A stretch of DNA of 64,000 nt from Pyrinomonadaceae bacterium (GCA_036559885.1 DATBSH010000320.1:1565-65564); one strand, 5' to 3'; numbered from the stretch's first letter, positions 7,173 to 16,910 are shown. Made by a program: numbers and translations. The notes: generated by a model not told the origin, from the letters alone.

Positions 7173-8030
7173 TTGAGCTTTATGGTCGAACCAGGAGATT
7201 CAAAAGGCGCTGACGCAAAGCCCGAGAAAAAGCGGCGCGAAGAAGCTCTTCCCGAACGTTTACTCCGACGCGTCCTTGAAAGCATGGGCGACGTCGTGGA
7301 CCGCAAGTTCGGCCGTACCGTCGACCCAAAGATGGGATTGACGACATCGAAACTGATTGAGCGAATGAAGCGCTTGATTGATGAACGGGTGCGCGATGAG
7401 GGTAAAGGGAAAATAGCGCCTCATCACTTTCTGCTAAAAGTGGAGTGGGGCACTCATTCAGAGGCGCCACCGGAAATACTAAACGATCTGAAAAACGAAA
7501 TACTGGCCGCGGCAATCGATCACATCAACGACCACCGTTATCGCACGCTTGCTCCCGTGAGTGTCGATGCAGAAGCCGACATTTTTACCAGCGGCATTTC
7601 CGTGGATCCAAGTTTTGGCGAATTCGAAGAGCAGTTAAGACGCGAAGACTTGGAGAAGCGCGCTCGAACCGAGGGCGTTCCGACTCCACCTTCGGTAGCA
7701 CCGCCGATGCCGGATATCGAAGTGAAAGCGCGCATTAGCTTACCCAATGGTTCGCGCGAGATTCCGTTGATCTTTAAGCCGGGCGGAAAGCGACTTAATG
7801 TCGGACGTGCTTCTGACAACGAACTGACCTTAAATGATGCGAGCGTTTCCAAGATTCACGCCGCCCTCCTGATGACGTCGGAAGGCACGATTCTTGTTGC
7901 CGATACTGGATCGACTAACGGAACGTACATCAATGGCCGTCGCATTGCTTATGGTGAATCGCGGCAAGTCGATGAAGGCGACGTTCTCGGATTCGGAGAT
8001 ATCGAAGTAAGGCTGCGCAAGAGTGAATAG
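7173..8030 (+). CDS. FhaA-like FHA-domain protein (N-terminal DUF3662-like region plus C-terminal FHA)
   Basis: C-terminal FHA signature LNVGRASDNELTLNDASVSKIHAALL...TNGTYINGRRI. The start is TTG 7173 or ATG 7182. Confidence 0.85.
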   Translation: MSFMVEPGDSKGADAKPEKKRREEALPERLLRRVLESMGDVVDRKFGRTVDPKMGLTTSKLIERMKRLIDERVRDEGKGKIAPHHFLLKVEWGTHSEAPPEILNDLKNEILAAAIDHINDHRYRTLAPVSVDAEADIFTSGISVDPSFGEFEEQLRREDLEKRARTEGVPTPPSVAPPMPDIEVKARISLPNGSREIPLIFKPGGKRLNVGRASDNELTLNDASVSKIHAALLMTSEGTILVADTGSTNGTYINGRRIAYGESRQVDEGDVLGFGDIEVRLRKSE

Positions 8031-8038
8031 ACGTCGAT

Positions 8039-9925
8039 ATGACCCCGCTTCTTTCAACTCTACTTCTCTTACAAACACCGACACCCACGCCACTCCCTAA
8101 CGTGCCCGAGAAAATGCCGGCGCTGTTCACATTGATCTATGTCGGCGGCCTCGGTCTTGTCGTACTGCTGCTCATGTTCAGTCTGCTTCGTAATCGTAAA
8201 CGACCCATCGGCGCTACTGAGATCGTGGGCGACCTTCCCAAAGATGTGCGAAAACGTCTGGGCTCAACGTCCACAAATCGAGGCCTACGCGCTTTACGCT
8301 GGCTGTTCATGTTACTCGTGATAGGTGTTTTCGGTTTCCATGTTTACTGGGCGCAATACGCAGCCGAGAAGAACGAGAAGTTCCAGCAGTTGAGCTACAA
8401 AGATTTGCGTGTTCGACGATTGTCGGAATCTACACTCCGTGGCTGGGTGCTCGATCGGAGTGGGCGTCTGGACCAACCCCTTGCTTACTATCGACGTGAC
8501 TCCAACGGGGATATTCATCGCGAATATCCGATGGATAAGGCGATGGCCCACATCTTTGGTTCGGATCGTGGCGACCCGGGATTAGAACGGGCGCTCTTCG
8601 GCGTTCAAAGCGGCGCCCTGCCTGAGGCTCTCGACATTGTTAGAGGCAGAGCAGTTCAATTCAAAGGCAATCAGGATGTGCGCCTGACAATTGATCGTTA
8701 TCTGCAACAAGCGGCTGTCGATCTATTGAAGGGCAAACATGGGGCAGTAGTAATGCTCAACCCTCAGAGTGGTGAAGTCCTGGCTTTATACAGCGAACCC
8801 TCGTACAGCCTGAAAGAAGTGGAAGACGAAGCTACATGGATTCGTTTGGAGGCCAATGAACGTGACAAGCCACTCGTCAGTCGTGCCCTTGGTGCCTATT
8901 ACATCCCAGGCTCGACTTTCAAAACGGTGACGATGACTGCGGCTTTTCTCGCGGGCGAGCAAGATACAGAGTTCACGTGCAGCGGCAGCGGCTACTATGC
9001 GGCACCAGGCGCAAACGTAATCTTCGACGACGGTGGGCCAGGCGAAGTGCACGGGCATATCGGTATCGAGACTGCCTATGAAGTTTCCTGTAACCAGTAT
9101 TTTGCGCAAATGGGCGTCAAGCTTGGGCCTGAAAGATTGAAACGCGCCGCTGAGTTACTGGGCATTGGGGCATACGACACGCCAAGCGAGGCTTTAAGAG
9201 GGCGAAAGCAACCTGAAATCTGGAACGGGAGTACCGAAGCAGTCAGGAAGGCGTTGGCTCCCAGAGAAGCAACTATTGTTACCGGCAAGCAGGTTACTCG
9301 ATACGATCTGGCTTTGATGGGTTATGGACAAGGTTACGCAGGCCAAATGACTCCATTTCAAATGGCGCTCGCGGCGTCGACGATCGGCAACATGGAAGGT
9401 CGGTTGATGAAACCAAAGATTGAGTTCAACCTTGCTCCACAGATCTTCAAACAAGTAGTTACACCGCAGACCGGCGCAATACTACGATCAATCATGGGTC
9501 TCGTAACAGGTGGACCAAGTGGTACTGCGAGAGGTGTTTTTGCACCGGTGAAGGCCGCCGGTATTAACACCGGCGGCAAAACGGGAACTGCTCAGAAAGT
9601 CGTTCCGCTTTATAACCCAAAAACAGGGGAACCGGTGACGCGACACAGAGTCGAAAAAGACAACCGCGGAAATATCATTCGAGAATACGATGAGGTTGTA
9701 ATGGACGATGAGCATCCGAGGATTGACGGGTGGTTCCTTTGCATTGCTCCGCTTGAGCGTCCGCAAATAGCGATCGCGGTGATTGTAGAGGGCGGAGGGT
9801 ATGGTTCTAAATCAGCCGCACCAATCGCAGCTGCTCTTGTGATGAAGGCGCGAGATCTTGGCTATTTCAACGCTCCACGTACGCCACCGCAGCCGCCGAC
9901 TGCCACAAGACCGAGGCAGAGGTGA
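8039..9925 (+). CDS. Class B penicillin-binding protein (peptidoglycan D,D-transpeptidase, PBP2/PbpA-like)
   Basis: N-terminal TM helix; SxxK = STFK, SxN = SCN, KTG = KTGTA, in the canonical order. Confidence 0.9.
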   Translation: MTPLLSTLLLLQTPTPTPLPNVPEKMPALFTLIYVGGLGLVVLLLMFSLLRNRKRPIGATEIVGDLPKDVRKRLGSTSTNRGLRALRWLFMLLVIGVFGFHVYWAQYAAEKNEKFQQLSYKDLRVRRLSESTLRGWVLDRSGRLDQPLAYYRRDSNGDIHREYPMDKAMAHIFGSDRGDPGLERALFGVQSGALPEALDIVRGRAVQFKGNQDVRLTIDRYLQQAAVDLLKGKHGAVVMLNPQSGEVLALYSEPSYSLKEVEDEATWIRLEANERDKPLVSRALGAYYIPGSTFKTVTMTAAFLAGEQDTEFTCSGSGYYAAPGANVIFDDGGPGEVHGHIGIETAYEVSCNQYFAQMGVKLGPERLKRAAELLGIGAYDTPSEALRGRKQPEIWNGSTEAVRKALAPREATIVTGKQVTRYDLALMGYGQGYAGQMTPFQMALAASTIGNMEGRLMKPKIEFNLAPQIFKQVVTPQTGAILRSIMGLVTGGPSGTARGVFAPVKAAGINTGGKTGTAQKVVPLYNPKTGEPVTRHRVEKDNRGNIIREYDEVVMDDEHPRIDGWFLCIAPLERPQIAIAVIVEGGGYGSKSAAPIAAALVMKARDLGYFNAPRTPPQPPTATRPRQR

Positions 9926-9932
9926 TGCGAAA

Positions 9933-9974
9933 ACCGGGACACACGGGGACGCGGGGACAAGGAGACGCGGAGAG
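9933..9974. repeat. Degenerate octamer array (ACCGGGAC / GCGGGGAC / AAGGAGAC / GCGGAGAG) in the PBP-SEDS spacer
   Basis: Read directly from the sequence. Confidence 0.6.
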
Positions 9975-9992
9975 GATGTTAGTCAGAAGAGC

Positions 9993-11684
9993 GTGAAGAA
10001 TAGAGCATCATCACATTTAATAATCATCCTGATGATACTTGCGCTGGAGATTGCAGGATACATCGCAGTGCATCGCGCGGGACTGCTGCGCGGATATGAA
10101 ACTCCAGTTATTGGTGGGGTGCGTGATCTGCTGATGTTTCTACCTCTAATCGTGTTAGCACTCTGGCTCTCCAGGCAAATGCGTTTCGGCGGCAATTGGG
10201 TCCTCTATACAACTGCGATATTGCTGTTTGCCTTCGGTATGCTGATTCAGTATCGCTTGTACAGTGACCCCGAATACAACGCGCGCAACAAGTCTGCTGC
10301 TCGCGAAGAAAAAATGCAGGCGCTGAGGATGCGGTACATCATGGAGAACTATGAGCCGCTGAAGAAGCAGATGATGGGCTTGCCGCCAACGCCGGCGCAA
10401 CCTATCGACATCGACAAGCTGCCCCGCAAAGAATCGACGTATTCACTCTGGAACGCAATCACTTCAGGATCCACCTGGATCCCGATTTTTTCCTTTTTGG
10501 CTTTTGCCCTTGCCTACTCTTTTTGCGTACGTGACGGGTTCCTGCTTTGGCTACAACGCAATAGCTTCATTATTGTTCTGCTGACACTATTGCCACTTTC
10601 AATTGCCGTGGTTACTTCAAGTGCTGGTAAAGCGCTCGGCAATATGACTCCCTGGGAGCCCTCAAAGATTCCGTTTCTTGTCGGCTTCGCCGGCATACTT
10701 ACTGCACGTTACAAGGATCTCGCGGAAACATATTGGGGAGTCCCGAGGGCGCGCGATATCGTGCCGCTGCTGGTAATGGCGGCACTTCCCTTTGTTCCGT
10801 TTTTTGCGCTCAAAGATTTTGGCCAAATGCTGATCTTCAGTGGCGCATACACGACGCTTTACCTGGTTGCGGTTCGGCGCTGGCCTCAGTTGCTACTGTT
10901 CGTTGGTTCAGTACTGCTGGTTATCAGCATCCTTGTTGTAGGGGCATTGCCGCGTGATGTGCAGGAGAAGGTTCCTCTCCTCCCAACCATTGCACGACCG
11001 ATCGGGACAGCCCTTCCTTCACGAATTCAACAGCGCTTTCACCTGTGGCTGGACGGATTCGATCCGCCGTCGCCCGAAGTCTCCTGGTGGAAAAAGGATT
11101 ATGAAGAGGCGCTGAATGAGAATCCCAAGTTACGCGAACTCGCTGAGCTGTCGCCAGCGATGCAAAAGTCTGTAAATGTAGACATCTGGTTCGACAAGCT
11201 AGCGTTTCAACCGGCGCAAGCTGTTTTCGGAATTGCGTCGGGCCGCGACACCGGGCGCGGATTCGGGCTCGGGTATCCGGAAGTCATCCCCATTGCCGAT
11301 TCCGATTATGTATACGCCGCTGTTGCCGAGGAAACCGGCTTGGCCGGAGGCGCTGTTGTGATGCTTGCCGTAGTCATATTTGTGATTGCGGGTGTTCGCA
11401 CTTCGCTCGAAGCGCGTGATATGTTTACAAAGCTTTGTGCAGCTGGTCTAACTGCATTCGTTGGGTTTCAAGCGTTGGTGAACGTGGGTGGTATTCTGCG
11501 GGCGCTGCCAATGACAGGAATCACGCTGCCGTTTGTCAGCCATGGAGGGTTTAGTCTGATCACGAGCTTTGCAATGCTCGGAATGTTAATGGCCTTCTCA
11601 AATCGCAACGCTCGTGATCGAGTGATTGCCGAGCGCGCGCCGACGAAAAATGTAACTCCCCTAAAGCTGGAGGCAGTGGAATGA
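9993..11684 (+). CDS. SEDS-family peptidoglycan polymerase (FtsW/RodA/SpoVE), unusually long
   Basis: About 10 TM helices; conserved DSDYVYAAVAEETGL and TGITLPFVSHGGFSL motifs. The track ORF starts at ATG 9858, 68 nt inside the PBP gene. I prefer GTG 9993 after the octamer-repeat spacer, but the start is uncertain. Confidence 0.85.
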   Translation: MKNRASSHLIIILMILALEIAGYIAVHRAGLLRGYETPVIGGVRDLLMFLPLIVLALWLSRQMRFGGNWVLYTTAILLFAFGMLIQYRLYSDPEYNARNKSAAREEKMQALRMRYIMENYEPLKKQMMGLPPTPAQPIDIDKLPRKESTYSLWNAITSGSTWIPIFSFLAFALAYSFCVRDGFLLWLQRNSFIIVLLTLLPLSIAVVTSSAGKALGNMTPWEPSKIPFLVGFAGILTARYKDLAETYWGVPRARDIVPLLVMAALPFVPFFALKDFGQMLIFSGAYTTLYLVAVRRWPQLLLFVGSVLLVISILVVGALPRDVQEKVPLLPTIARPIGTALPSRIQQRFHLWLDGFDPPSPEVSWWKKDYEEALNENPKLRELAELSPAMQKSVNVDIWFDKLAFQPAQAVFGIASGRDTGRGFGLGYPEVIPIADSDYVYAAVAEETGLAGGAVVMLAVVIFVIAGVRTSLEARDMFTKLCAAGLTAFVGFQALVNVGGILRALPMTGITLPFVSHGGFSLITSFAMLGMLMAFSNRNARDRVIAERAPTKNVTPLKLEAVE

Positions 11685-13147
11685 GCGATAACGCAAAAGC
11701 CTTCACCATTCGAGCTTCTGCCCTTTCTGATCGCGGTCTTAATGAGCGACGACCTCTCAACGAGGATTCTTTTCTCGCTGACGTCGATCGATCCATCTTC
11801 GCCGTGGCTGACGGGGTGGGAGGCGCTGAAGCGGGTGAAGTAGCCTCACAAACGGCAATCGAGGTGCTAGACGAAGCATTCCGTCATCAAGAGGACGGCG
11901 CAGACGTCGAAGACCTGATGGAACTGGCCATTCAACGTGCCAACGCTTCGATTCACCAGATGGCCCAGGAGCACGCAAAGTTTTCTATGATGGCGACGAC
12001 TATCGTAGCCCTTCATCTGGACGGGAACGTGGCTACCTTTGGGCACGTCGGTGATTCACGACTCTATCGTCTAACGCCTGACGGCAAACTCCACCGCGAA
12101 ACAGAAGATCACTCGGTCGTTGAAGAGGAGGTTCGCGCTGGAAGGATGACCGCCGAACAGGCTGCCAATCATCCGAGTAAGAACGTAATCAGTCGAGCAC
12201 TTGGCGCTGAGGACACTGTTGAAGTCGACATGAAGACAATGGACGTCGAAGAAGGGACGGAGTTCCTGTTATGCACTGACGGCATCACGCGGCATGTGTC
12301 AGATAACGAAATTCGGCAGTTGCTCATCGTAAACGATGATCTCGAGTCAACCTGCGCCGAACTTAAACGCAGATGCTATGAGCGTGGCGCTGAAGACAAC
12401 CTAACAGTGGTCGTCGTGCGTGCAGGAAAGCGGGTGCCCATTGAAGCTCGAACTGAAGAATTTGAGTCAACGATATCGCCGGATCACTTGCAGCCCGAGC
12501 CTCAAGCCACTGCGCCGGCCTTTATTCCTGCTTCGCGCATCGCCTTTCCTGCTCCGAGCGCAGACGGCGCCGCCGTCGAAACGAATAGACCCGTGGTTGT
12601 TGGAACCCCTCCAAGCAAATCAACGGGTATTGGAAAATTCTTCGGCTTGCTATTCGTGTTGCTGCTCGTTGGGGCTGCGTTTTACGCGGGTGCTCGTTAT
12701 CACGAACGAGTGCCCTTTCTCGCAGCGATGAACAACAAGCCGACGCCGCTTCCCTCCCCCACTCCTATACCCGAAGATCCAATTCTGACCTTTGAGCGTA
12801 GTCGCCGCGAAGTAGATCGAGACCCGCACAACTGGCTAAACACACAGATTCCGAAAGAGCTCGTAGGTTCCGGTGTCCAGAGTGCCCTGGACTCTCCCAA
12901 CCCGGAGTTCTTGTATTTGTATGGTCGCGCCAACCTGTTGACGGGAAACCCGGATGAGGCGTACCGAGCGTTTGAAGCCGCCATCACGAGAGCCGGTGCC
13001 GGCGAATCCGGTACGTTTGGAACAATCAAGAAGGAAGCAGCTCTCGGTCTTGCCGCGGCAAGCCTGAAGACGCAAGCGGGCCGACAGAAGGCGCTACTTC
13101 ATTACGACGAAGCGATGAAGCCTCCTGGCGCGTCAGGTTCCCCTTAG
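11681..13147 (+). CDS. PP2C-family Ser/Thr phosphatase with a C-terminal TM segment and an extracytoplasmic tail
   Basis: PP2C motifs NEDSF, AVADGVGG, LCTDGIT, DNLTVVVV. TM segment FFGLLFVLLLVGAAFYAGA. Start overlaps the SEDS stop (ATGA). Confidence 0.9.
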   Translation: MSDNAKAFTIRASALSDRGLNERRPLNEDSFLADVDRSIFAVADGVGGAEAGEVASQTAIEVLDEAFRHQEDGADVEDLMELAIQRANASIHQMAQEHAKFSMMATTIVALHLDGNVATFGHVGDSRLYRLTPDGKLHRETEDHSVVEEEVRAGRMTAEQAANHPSKNVISRALGAEDTVEVDMKTMDVEEGTEFLLCTDGITRHVSDNEIRQLLIVNDDLESTCAELKRRCYERGAEDNLTVVVVRAGKRVPIEARTEEFESTISPDHLQPEPQATAPAFIPASRIAFPAPSADGAAVETNRPVVVGTPPSKSTGIGKFFGLLFVLLLVGAAFYAGARYHERVPFLAAMNNKPTPLPSPTPIPEDPILTFERSRREVDRDPHNWLNTQIPKELVGSGVQSALDSPNPEFLYLYGRANLLTGNPDEAYRAFEAAITRAGAGESGTFGTIKKEAALGLAAASLKTQAGRQKALLHYDEAMKPPGASGSP

Positions 13148-13207
13148 ATTCGTTCCCGATTGGCCTGGCGCGCATCTAAGAGAATTGATGCCAGTCAGGG
13201 TTGAAGA

Positions 13208-14743
13208 ATGTCAGAACTAAAGCTTCAGCAAAGCAGACTCGACGGCCGCTACGACATTTTGGAGTGTCTCGGACGTGGCAGCTACGCCGAAATATATGTG
13301 GCCAACGACAATGCTGCGCCGCAGGGAGCACCCCGAACAGTCGTTATCAAAGCGCTAAATCTAAATCTGCAGGACACGCCAGACGCAGAACTTGAACGAA
13401 CGCTCGTTACGAATTTTCAAAACGAAGCAGTTGCACTAGACCGCGTGCGCCACGCCCACGTCATCAATCGTCTCGGACACGGCACCGCCATCGATCTCGC
13501 CGGCACAACGTTTCATTACATTGTGCTCGAGTATTTGCCGGGCGGCGACATGGGCCGCCTGACGCGTGCTCGCCCTCTGTCGATTGAAAGGGCGCGCTCC
13601 TATCTCGAGCAGGTGTGCTCTGGATTAGCACATGCCCACAAGTGCGGCGTGATTCACCGAGATATCAAACCGCAGAACCTATTACTTACCGCCGATCAGC
13701 AGATTGTGAAGATCGCTGATTTCGGAGTAGCTCGTCTGGATGCACACGACGGGGCGATCACTCGAGTTGGTACGAACATTTATTCGGCGCCGGAGCACAA
13801 CCCACTGGTTCATACAGGTCAATTGGATATCGCGGCAATCGCTTCGTCCCGGGACCATCTGACGCCGGCGGCGGACATCTATTCGCTGGCTAAGACAACC
13901 TACACGCTCCTCGCTGGTGAATCACCACGACGGTTTGCACAACACACCATCACGGAATTACCGGCGCCGGTTGCCCAACAACCATGGGCGGATGCGGTTT
14001 TACGGGTTTTGAAAAAGGCTACTCAGAATCGACCTGATCAGCGATACCAAACTGTAGAACACTTTTGGGACGATCTTTACGAGGCAAGTCTGCCGCCGAC
14101 AATTCGGTTGCCTACCTTAGCAGAGGTTGTTGAGCAGCGCCGAAAACCAAGCGAAGATCTTGTCGTGGCGCAAGAAGTGCTCACGCAAGCAGCACCGCCC
14201 ACAGCGCAATTCGCACCCGAAACAAATAGTTCCGCCCGCTTGGAAACACAGGCGCAGCCGCGTCCTCGGATAGTAGTACCGGTTACCCCCGAAGAGCGGC
14301 AACAACTTCGGAGGCGCCGCAGGTTTTTGTTAAGTCGAAGACAAGCCAAACCTAAGGAACCGGAGATTCAGTCGGTGCTGCCGGCTAGCCGTGGTAAGCG
14401 CGCCTTGGTTGCGGTCGGTTTGATTCTCGCGTTTTCTGGAATGTTACTCGCAACGCACAAGTACGTGACATCTCGTTGGAATCCGCTATCGACAATCCCG
14501 CAGATCGGGCAGACTTTCATCGTCGGTCGAGAAGGTGTTACAACGACCGACGTAAAGTTGCGGCCGGACGCCAGTACCGCCAGACCTGAGATCGGACTGG
14601 CGGAACTTGGCTCCAAAGTGAAAGTCATCAGTGAGAACAACAACTGGTACGAAGTTCAAGTACTTGAACACGGACGTCCGAAGTCGGATCCTTACTCGTC
14701 TGACCGGGGCTGGCTCAACAAGCGATTCGTAAAATTTGAATGA
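13208..14743 (+). CDS. Hanks-type Ser/Thr protein kinase with a TM segment and a C-terminal SH3b-like ectodomain
   Basis: GRGSYAEIY Gly loop, VVIKAL Lys, HRDIKPQNLL, DFG, SAPE. TM segment ALVAVGLILAFSGMLLA. C-terminal VKVISENNNWYEVQVL is SH3-like. No PASTA repeats seen. Confidence 0.9.
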   Translation: MSELKLQQSRLDGRYDILECLGRGSYAEIYVANDNAAPQGAPRTVVIKALNLNLQDTPDAELERTLVTNFQNEAVALDRVRHAHVINRLGHGTAIDLAGTTFHYIVLEYLPGGDMGRLTRARPLSIERARSYLEQVCSGLAHAHKCGVIHRDIKPQNLLLTADQQIVKIADFGVARLDAHDGAITRVGTNIYSAPEHNPLVHTGQLDIAAIASSRDHLTPAADIYSLAKTTYTLLAGESPRRFAQHTITELPAPVAQQPWADAVLRVLKKATQNRPDQRYQTVEHFWDDLYEASLPPTIRLPTLAEVVEQRRKPSEDLVVAQEVLTQAAPPTAQFAPETNSSARLETQAQPRPRIVVPVTPEERQQLRRRRRFLLSRRQAKPKEPEIQSVLPASRGKRALVAVGLILAFSGMLLATHKYVTSRWNPLSTIPQIGQTFIVGREGVTTTDVKLRPDASTARPEIGLAELGSKVKVISENNNWYEVQVLEHGRPKSDPYSSDRGWLNKRFVKFE

Positions 14744-14776
14744 CGTTGAATCAGGTGCCGAACAGGAGATTTTGTT

Positions 14777-15631
14777 TTGGGGCTGCTTGAGTCGATAAGA
14801 AAATGGATTGATGGCGAGACCGGCGAGGATCTGCTGGAAGCAGCTGATGAGCACGCCAAGCCTCGTCGGGTATGGGAAGAGTTTCTCGTAAAGATTGCGC
14901 GCGAAGTGGAAGCAGCTATGCAGCGCGAGATGTTCACGCCTCCCGGCGGTCCAACATATATCCCTCGCGAATACATCGTCTACTTGAGTGCCGACGATGA
15001 CAAAGACTGGCAAGGCGACAAACGACGCGGCCTCGAACAAGGTCTCTTTCATGTTCTCTCTGAGAGAGCACGCGAACTGAGTGGCTCGACGCAGCTGGCC
15101 GTGAAGTCCTTTGCTGTGGAGTTACGAGTGGACGGGACGCTCGAGAAAGGACAATTTCGCGTCCAGCCCGTTTGGGATGAGACGGAAAGCGGGCACACGA
15201 TGGTGACGCCGCGCGCCGATCCAAGTCGAGCGTCAACAACTTTCAATCCGAACGAGACGATTCGCGAGACGGCTGAAAGCGTCGAGAGTGAACAGACGGT
15301 TGTGCGGCCCAAAGCAGCGCCGCTCTATTCAATTGAGGTTTGGCGTGAAGGTGTTCGTGAGGCAGTGGTTCCCGTAATGAAGCCCGAAATATCTATTGGC
15401 CGCGGGTCGCGAAGCGTGTCGGTCGATCTCCCGATCAAAGGTGATCCTGAAGTGAGCCGCGTCCATGCGCTGTTGTCACGGGATAATGAAGGTCGATTCT
15501 GGCTAGTGGCGAAGGGGCGAAATCCGACCCTGGTGGCTGGCCGTGAGTTGCCGCGGGAAGAAGCAACAGAGATCGCTCCCGATCAAAAGATCGGAATCTG
15601 TAACTTTGTTTTGCGTATCCAGCCGAAGTAG
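14777..15631 (+). CDS. Second FhaA-like FHA-domain protein
   Basis: N-terminal region resembles the first FHA protein (VEAAMQREMF...YIPREYIVYLS). C-terminal FHA ISIGRGSRSVSVDLPIKGDPEVSRVHALL. TTG start. Confidence 0.85.
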   Translation: MGLLESIRKWIDGETGEDLLEAADEHAKPRRVWEEFLVKIAREVEAAMQREMFTPPGGPTYIPREYIVYLSADDDKDWQGDKRRGLEQGLFHVLSERARELSGSTQLAVKSFAVELRVDGTLEKGQFRVQPVWDETESGHTMVTPRADPSRASTTFNPNETIRETAESVESEQTVVRPKAAPLYSIEVWREGVREAVVPVMKPEISIGRGSRSVSVDLPIKGDPEVSRVHALLSRDNEGRFWLVAKGRNPTLVAGRELPREEATEIAPDQKIGICNFVLRIQPK

Positions 15632-15650
15632 ATCACCAGCAGATTCTCCA

Positions 15651-16910
15651 TTAATTCTGCGCCGCAGCCGTTGTTGGTTTTGAGGTTCGTAACTCGGCGA
15701 TGAGTTCTTTTAGAAGCGTTGGTACTTGTTCGTCCTCGAGGTAGCCCTTTCCAAGGATTTTAATGATCCGGCGTTCCTTTGTTTCGCCGGTCACTTCTTT
15801 CAATATCGCACGCGCAAACGCTGCTACGACACTCGGATCAAATTGCGTCCCGCTGTTCTGACGAAGATCTCTTACAACATCCTCGAATGATCGCCGTCGC
15901 CGGTACGGCCGATCTGTGGTCATCGCGTCGAACGAATCAGCCAACGACACGATCTTCGCCCCAAGCGGGATCTGCTCGTCGACGAGCCCATCCGGATAGC
16001 CACGTCCATCCAGCCGCTCATGGTGATATTTCGCCATCAGCGGAATATCTGCGTACGGATGATTGATTGGCGCGAGTATTTCGTAGCCCGCAGATGGATG
16101 GCGGCTAAGCTCACTCGACGTCTTCGCATTGATGTGATACGGCGCATTGATAATGTCGCGATCCACAACGAGCTTACCTACATCGTGCAGATACCCCGCG
16201 ATTTGAATGCCCTCGACTTCCTCTTCGCTCCAACCCATCTCCCGCGCAATAATTTCGCTGTACTTACCAACGCGTTCTGAATGGCCCTGTGTGTATTTGT
16301 CTTTGATATCGATCGCCGCAGCGAACGCTCTCACAGTATCGCGGTATATTGCCCGCAACTCCTCATACAAACGACGGTTCTCTTCAGCCCGCTGCGCAAC
16401 TTGATCAAGCAGCTGGTGAGTGTGAATCCCAACACCTATATGCCGCGCCATCGCGCGGACAATCTCGAAGTCCTCTGGAGTAAAGTCGTCACCACTCGCT
16501 TTATCCCCGAGCAACACAAAACCTGTCAACGCTCCGCGAACGGTCATAGGTATTACAATCTCGATACCACTTGTTTCCAGCACGCTGCGGTAGCGGGCGA
16601 TGAAACCTGTGTCGTTCGCGTTCTTGACAAGTAACGAAGATAGGCCGGCGCTTAGCAGTGGATCTTTCTCTTCTTCCCGAATCTGGAAGTCAGATATAGC
16701 GTCCTTTTCCAGGCCCCAGATCGCGACACAACTTAGTGAGTCGTTGGAAGAGCATTCAACGACCGCACCCCGCCGCAACGCCAACGTTCCCAGGAGTAAA
16801 TGCATTGACGTCTGGACCATTTCATTGAAGTCGCCGGTATTAGCAACCTCCTGGCCCAGATCAGCGAGCGCGCCGAAGGTGTGGATCAGTTGCTGATTCG
16901 ATTGGTCCAT
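15651..16910 (-). CDS. GAF-domain HD-GYP c-di-GMP phosphodiesterase
   Basis: HD-GYP signatures HDVGK and HHERLDGRGYPDGL, with an N-terminal GAF-like region. Confidence 0.9.
   Translation of the reverse strand: MDQSNQQLIHTFGALADLGQEVANTGDFNEMVQTSMHLLLGTLALRRGAVVECSSNDSLSCVAIWGLEKDAISDFQIREEEKDPLLSAGLSSLLVKNANDTGFIARYRSVLETSGIEIVIPMTVRGALTGFVLLGDKASGDDFTPEDFEIVRAMARHIGVGIHTHQLLDQVAQRAEENRRLYEELRAIYRDTVRAFAAAIDIKDKYTQGHSERVGKYSEIIAREMGWSEEEVEGIQIAGYLHDVGKLVVDRDIINAPYHINAKTSSELSRHPSAGYEILAPINHPYADIPLMAKYHHERLDGRGYPDGLVDEQIPLGAKIVSLADSFDAMTTDRPYRRRRSFEDVVRDLRQNSGTQFDPSVVAAFARAILKEVTGETKERRIIKILGKGYLEDEQVPTLLKELIAELRTSKPTTAAAQN

Noticed and set aside
14486-15052. 188-aa minus-strand ORF spanning the kinase / FHA gene junction
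   Set aside because: It overlaps two well-supported plus-strand genes and has no motifs, so it is a shadow ORF.
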